Assembly: GCA_002633005.1 (NCBI GenBank)
Contig: NMRA01000079.1
Coordinates: forward strand, 510,102 to 574,101
Length of the DNA: 64,000 bases
Direction of reading: 5' to 3'
Origin: Phoronis australis
Taxonomy: Eukaryota > Animalia > Phoronida
Part shown: positions 59,968 to 64,000 of the stretch, piece after piece
Layout: the number at the start of each line of letters is the position of its first letter
Position numbering within the stretch: position 1 is the first letter of the stretch
Made by a program: the position numbers and the translations under genes
The notes under the pieces: model-generated
What the model saw: the letters and a program-made list of their open reading frames with translations, nothing else
Database searches by the model: none
What the model was told of the DNA's origin: nothing

Positions 59968-62900
59968 TTTTTTTATTCAGTATAATAGGTACGGTACAGA
60001 TCATACAATTACAGATGCAATAATTTTTTGTTCTAGTCAAGGAACTGTTAAGGTGTTAACTTACAGTGCTGATATGCACAGAGGTAATTTGACATGGGAG
60101 AAAAAAAACAATAGAGGCTATGATTCATTCAGAATAAGCAAACAAGGTCAAGACCTTGCCAGCGCTCTATAAATTCACCATACTTCCTTTTATTCATAAA
60201 AAAACGTTCAGTGGAAATGTACAATGCAACTTCCTTTTTAAACATTGCAAGGCAGGGATATTTGCACTTTAATCTTTGTTTATAAATGTTGTACTTTCCG
60301 AGGCAAAGAATCGTACTTTGTAAAACTGCTTCCACCTGAACACCAAACAGAGCTGATTGTATAGACAGATCTAAACTATGTCCAACTGCATCTTCGAGCC
60401 AGTTATTTACATTAGTCCAAACCTGCTGAGTAACGTTACAAGACCAGTACACATGGACAATAAAGTCAATTTCATTTAAGCAAAAAGTGCACAGTGAGCT
60501 ATCAATTACGCCAATCTTGTATAAAAATTCATTACAGCCTATAATTCTATGAAATCAACCAGCCTAAACTGGGACCATCTGAGAGAAACATCTTCGGTGA
60601 ATGAATAGACGTAAGAAAAAACATTGTACTACCATTCTGCAGTATTCGGGAGATTTAATTTTTCACCCCACTTCATTTGACACTTTGTTTTTCCACAATT
60701 TTAAGAGATAATAACGTGGTAAATTTTATCTACTCCTTTGACATCACCATGTATTGTGGACGACGTGGTAAAATTACTTGGTGCTTTCCCTCTCTGAGAT
60801 AACTCCAGCTGGCATATAATGAGCTTCGTAGACCATAAAATAAAGTTACTTGAGGGGTAAAGTCAAATTTCTGTATAAACTTCTCATAATTAACGAAACA
60901 ACAATCAGAATTAAGTAAGTCGTGTACATGAGTTATGCCTTTTTGACACCACCGTTTATAGAAAACAAGATTGTTATCTATCAGTATATTCGAATTAAAC
61001 CATAGAGGCTGATAAATATCGTTTTCGGGAACTAACAATCTGAATTCATAGACACATTGAAAGACCTCTTTCCAAAATCCATTAGAAGTCATTTATGGGA
61101 CATCTTTGTAAAATAGAAATCCCGGAACATTAAGTAATTCTTTGAATTTCTTGATAACAGACCATTTGCTAAAACTGCCCATGGACTTGTAGTACTTTGA
61201 CAAAGTAGTCTACGAAACCAAGTTAGTTTAATGGATTTCATAAAAGAGCTGACGTCAATCATTCTAGCTCCACCAACATTGTACTCTTGAGCCATAATCT
61301 TACGACATATTTTTTCCGTTTTACCGTTCCATATAAAACAGTAGAAAAATTTGTTCAGCTGCTCAGGAAGGCCTGTGAAGGGGACGGGAGGCTTGTAAAA
61401 AGATGAATGAGTTTTGGCATAATTATCGAATTCACAACTGTTATTCTTCCAAAAAGTGTCAAGATTCTTTTTCCCCACATGTCTATAGTCTTCTATATTT
61501 CACCAAGCTTGCTGTTAATATTTATGTCAGGAATTGTATTTAAATCGCTGGAGAATTGAATACCCAGTGAAGTGAATTCTGATGTTGCCCATTTCAGTTT
61601 TACGTCACAGCACATTTTTTGATATCTACCCTTCATAGAACCTATCCAAATACAAATTGTTTTTTCTAGATTAGGATTTAGACCAGAAAATTTTGCAAAA
61701 TGGTTTAAAATGTGAAGTGTTTTCCGCAGAGACTGATCCGAGTCATCTAAAGGTATAACCGTATCATCTGCATACTGCATCAGTTTGTATTCCACCGATC
61801 CGACCTGGCTGCCCCTAACGCTATTCTAAAGAGCCAGCCCATAATCTCTACACATAGAATAAAAAGGTATGGCGATAACGAATCACCTTGCCTGCAACCA
61901 CGCCTTATGTGGAAAACATTACATGTGACACCGTTTTTTACATGTATAACACGTTGCTTTGCCCCTCTGGTTAGTATGTGGACCAATTTGTTCATTGAGT
62001 GACCAAAATTAAAGAATTTTAAAACTTTGCCAATAGAAGACCAAGATAAGGAGTCAAACGCCTTTTCAAAGTCCACCAGCACAAGTAAACCCGGTTTATT
62101 AAACTGCTCAGTATACTGCATTAAGTCATAAGTCTGTCTTGTACTTTCTGCTCTGAAACGCCCAGAGGGGAAACCCTTTTGGTCACGGTGTATTAACTTT
62201 TGTATTACAGAACGAACTCTTTGGGAAATAAAAGACGACAAAAGTTTGTTACTGATATTCAATAGAGAGATAGGCCTCCAATAATTTAGTTCTCGGTTTA
62301 TTCCCTTTGGGTATGATGGAAATAACTCCCTGGAGTTGGGAGTTTGGAAGGAAGTCTCTTCTGAAACTTCTCTTCTGAAGTTCTTTTTGATCCTCAATTG
62401 TTTCACCACTCAACGTTACCAATTTAGTAACTTTCTTATTGATAAAAGTACGTTTTTCCATATTACAAAAATACTTAGTAGGTTTTTAACCAACCTCCAC
62501 CCATTTAGCCTTTGATCTCACCATCACACCTTTCATTTTTTTCGCTCTCATTGATTCAAGTTCATCCTGCAGATCAGACAGTCTTTTGTCCAATTCAGCG
62601 GATGGGCTACTTTGGTTTTGGGAGGTAGTGAAACTGATGAGAGATTCAATCTCTTTTTTCCGCTTGTTATGATTTTTCTTTTTGTGACAAATATAGGAAA
62701 TAGTACGTGACCTGATATTCATGAGAATAACTTCTAGGAGAAAACAGTCATCTATGTCGGGGGAATCCGCATTGCCCGAGAGCGTATAGTTCACCTCCTT
62801 AACTGTATTGACGTATTCTCTGTCTCTGAGAAGGGAATTGTTAAAGTGCCAGATACCTCGATCCCTCACAACTTTTGGGTTTTTCAACGAGAGGGAGATA

Positions 62901-64000
62901 AGAGAATGATCTGTTCTATAGCCAGGTAGAATTTTGACGTCATCTGTGAGTGAAAGCAGTTCTTCAGAAATTACAAAGAAGTCCAATCGGGCCCTTTGTA
63001 CTGGATTCCTTCGTGTCCAAGTAAAAAACTTGTTGTCTGGATTCTACACTCTCCATGGGTCGACAAGGTTAAGTTTACTCTTTAGGTTGAGGACTTCCTT
63101 AGAGGCATTTACATTATTTTGCCTTTTGTACCCTTGACAATCGTTGTCATAACTTTGTACAAGATTCCAGTCACCACATTCAATTATGAATTCAGAGTTA
63201 AAAATCCGAAATAATTTTCTCAACATTTTTGTAGAAATCTGGGTGGTCTCTATTTGGACCGTACAAATTTATCAGTGATACTAGATAATTATTTTCGATC
63301 AAGACTTCCGTGGCAACCAGATTACCATCCGAATCTATTTTTGGACTTCACTTCAAATTTAAAGTTATTATTAAAAAGAATGCACACACCACGCGAGTCT
63401 CGTCTTCCTGGGCTCATCAATATATCATATCCCCAGGTGGAACGAACTAAATTCGTTTCTTCTTTGGTGAAGTGAGTGTCCTGGGGGCAGCTAATACAAC
63501 ACTTTTTTTTTCTGAGAAAGTGGAACACATCTCTGCGTTTTGTTAAGTCTCCTAGGCCTCTACAATTCATTGTGGCAAAGCTAACCATAATCCAGTTGAT
63601 ACTGAGCCGTGCTAATTTCCTTGACTAAAACCTGAGTAAATGAAATCACTGTACCGACACCAACAACTATGAGACCGAGCGTTGTAGGACACAAATTTCA
63701 CAATTATGGGGCGCTTATTGGTACAGGCTGAATCTTTTCTACCCAGTCGATGGCTGCGACTAATGTCAGACTTTTGGGTGGCGAGGCTCCCATTTTTTGC
63801 GCAAGCGAGATCACAATATCGTCGGCGTTTTCTCCGTCTGTTTCTGTTACTCCATTGATAATCAAGCAGTTTCGCCGGCTATGTTGTTGCAGTTCGTCCA
63901 TTTCATTCTCCTGTTTTTGTGCTCGTCGCTCGACCACTTCTTTGAATACCGAGAGTTGATTTTCCAGGGAGTTTCTTTGTTTGTCCTTTTCTTCAAGCTT
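59968..64000 (-). mobile_element. Decayed L1-clade (Tx1-like) non-LTR retrotransposon, 5' part beyond window
   Basis: ORF1-like ELQQHSRRNCLIINGVTE (63704-63937); ORF2 fragments with APE endonuclease, RT and Cys-rich zf-RVT; AATAAAAAAA tail at ~59968-59978. Confidence 0.92.
60129..63588 (-). pseudogene. L1/Tx1 ORF2 (endonuclease-reverse transcriptase), multiply frameshifted
   Basis: MVSFATMNCRGL, GDWN, LDFFVIS, TDHS, WRPISLLN, VDFEKAFDS, RGCRQGDSLSPYLF, QYADD, CTFC...HVYWSC split over at least 9 ORF pieces. Confidence 0.92.

Overview
Eukaryotic (invertebrate animal, probably lophotrochozoan; the taxon is inference) draft-assembly window with GT-AG introns and N gaps. (1) 134-15884, minus strand: 21 coding exons of a very long secreted collagen-like gene. 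It encodes a signal peptide, two tandem copies of an unassigned ~160-aa three-exon globular domain, and >1250 aa of interrupted Gly-X-Y repeat that runs off the window start. (2) 23384-26881 and 34061-41831, plus strand: two tandem paralogous three-exon genes. Each fuses an N-terminal CARD to a Rab-like small GTPase ending in a CaaL prenylation box. The CARD exons are almost identical, the GTPase switch regions are strongly diverged, copy 2 has His at the catalytic Gln, and both keep a DETD motif after the CARD. This is the best candidate for an undescribed system. (3) Many non-autonomous DNA transposons (PIF/Harbinger with CWG TSDs, hAT-like MITEs with 5- and 6-bp TSDs, Helentron-associated elements) and a decayed L1/Tx1 retrotransposon at 59968->64000 (minus). 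Two local duplications joined at single N bases look like uncollapsed-haplotype artefacts. Exon boundaries and counts were read by hand and may be off by a base.
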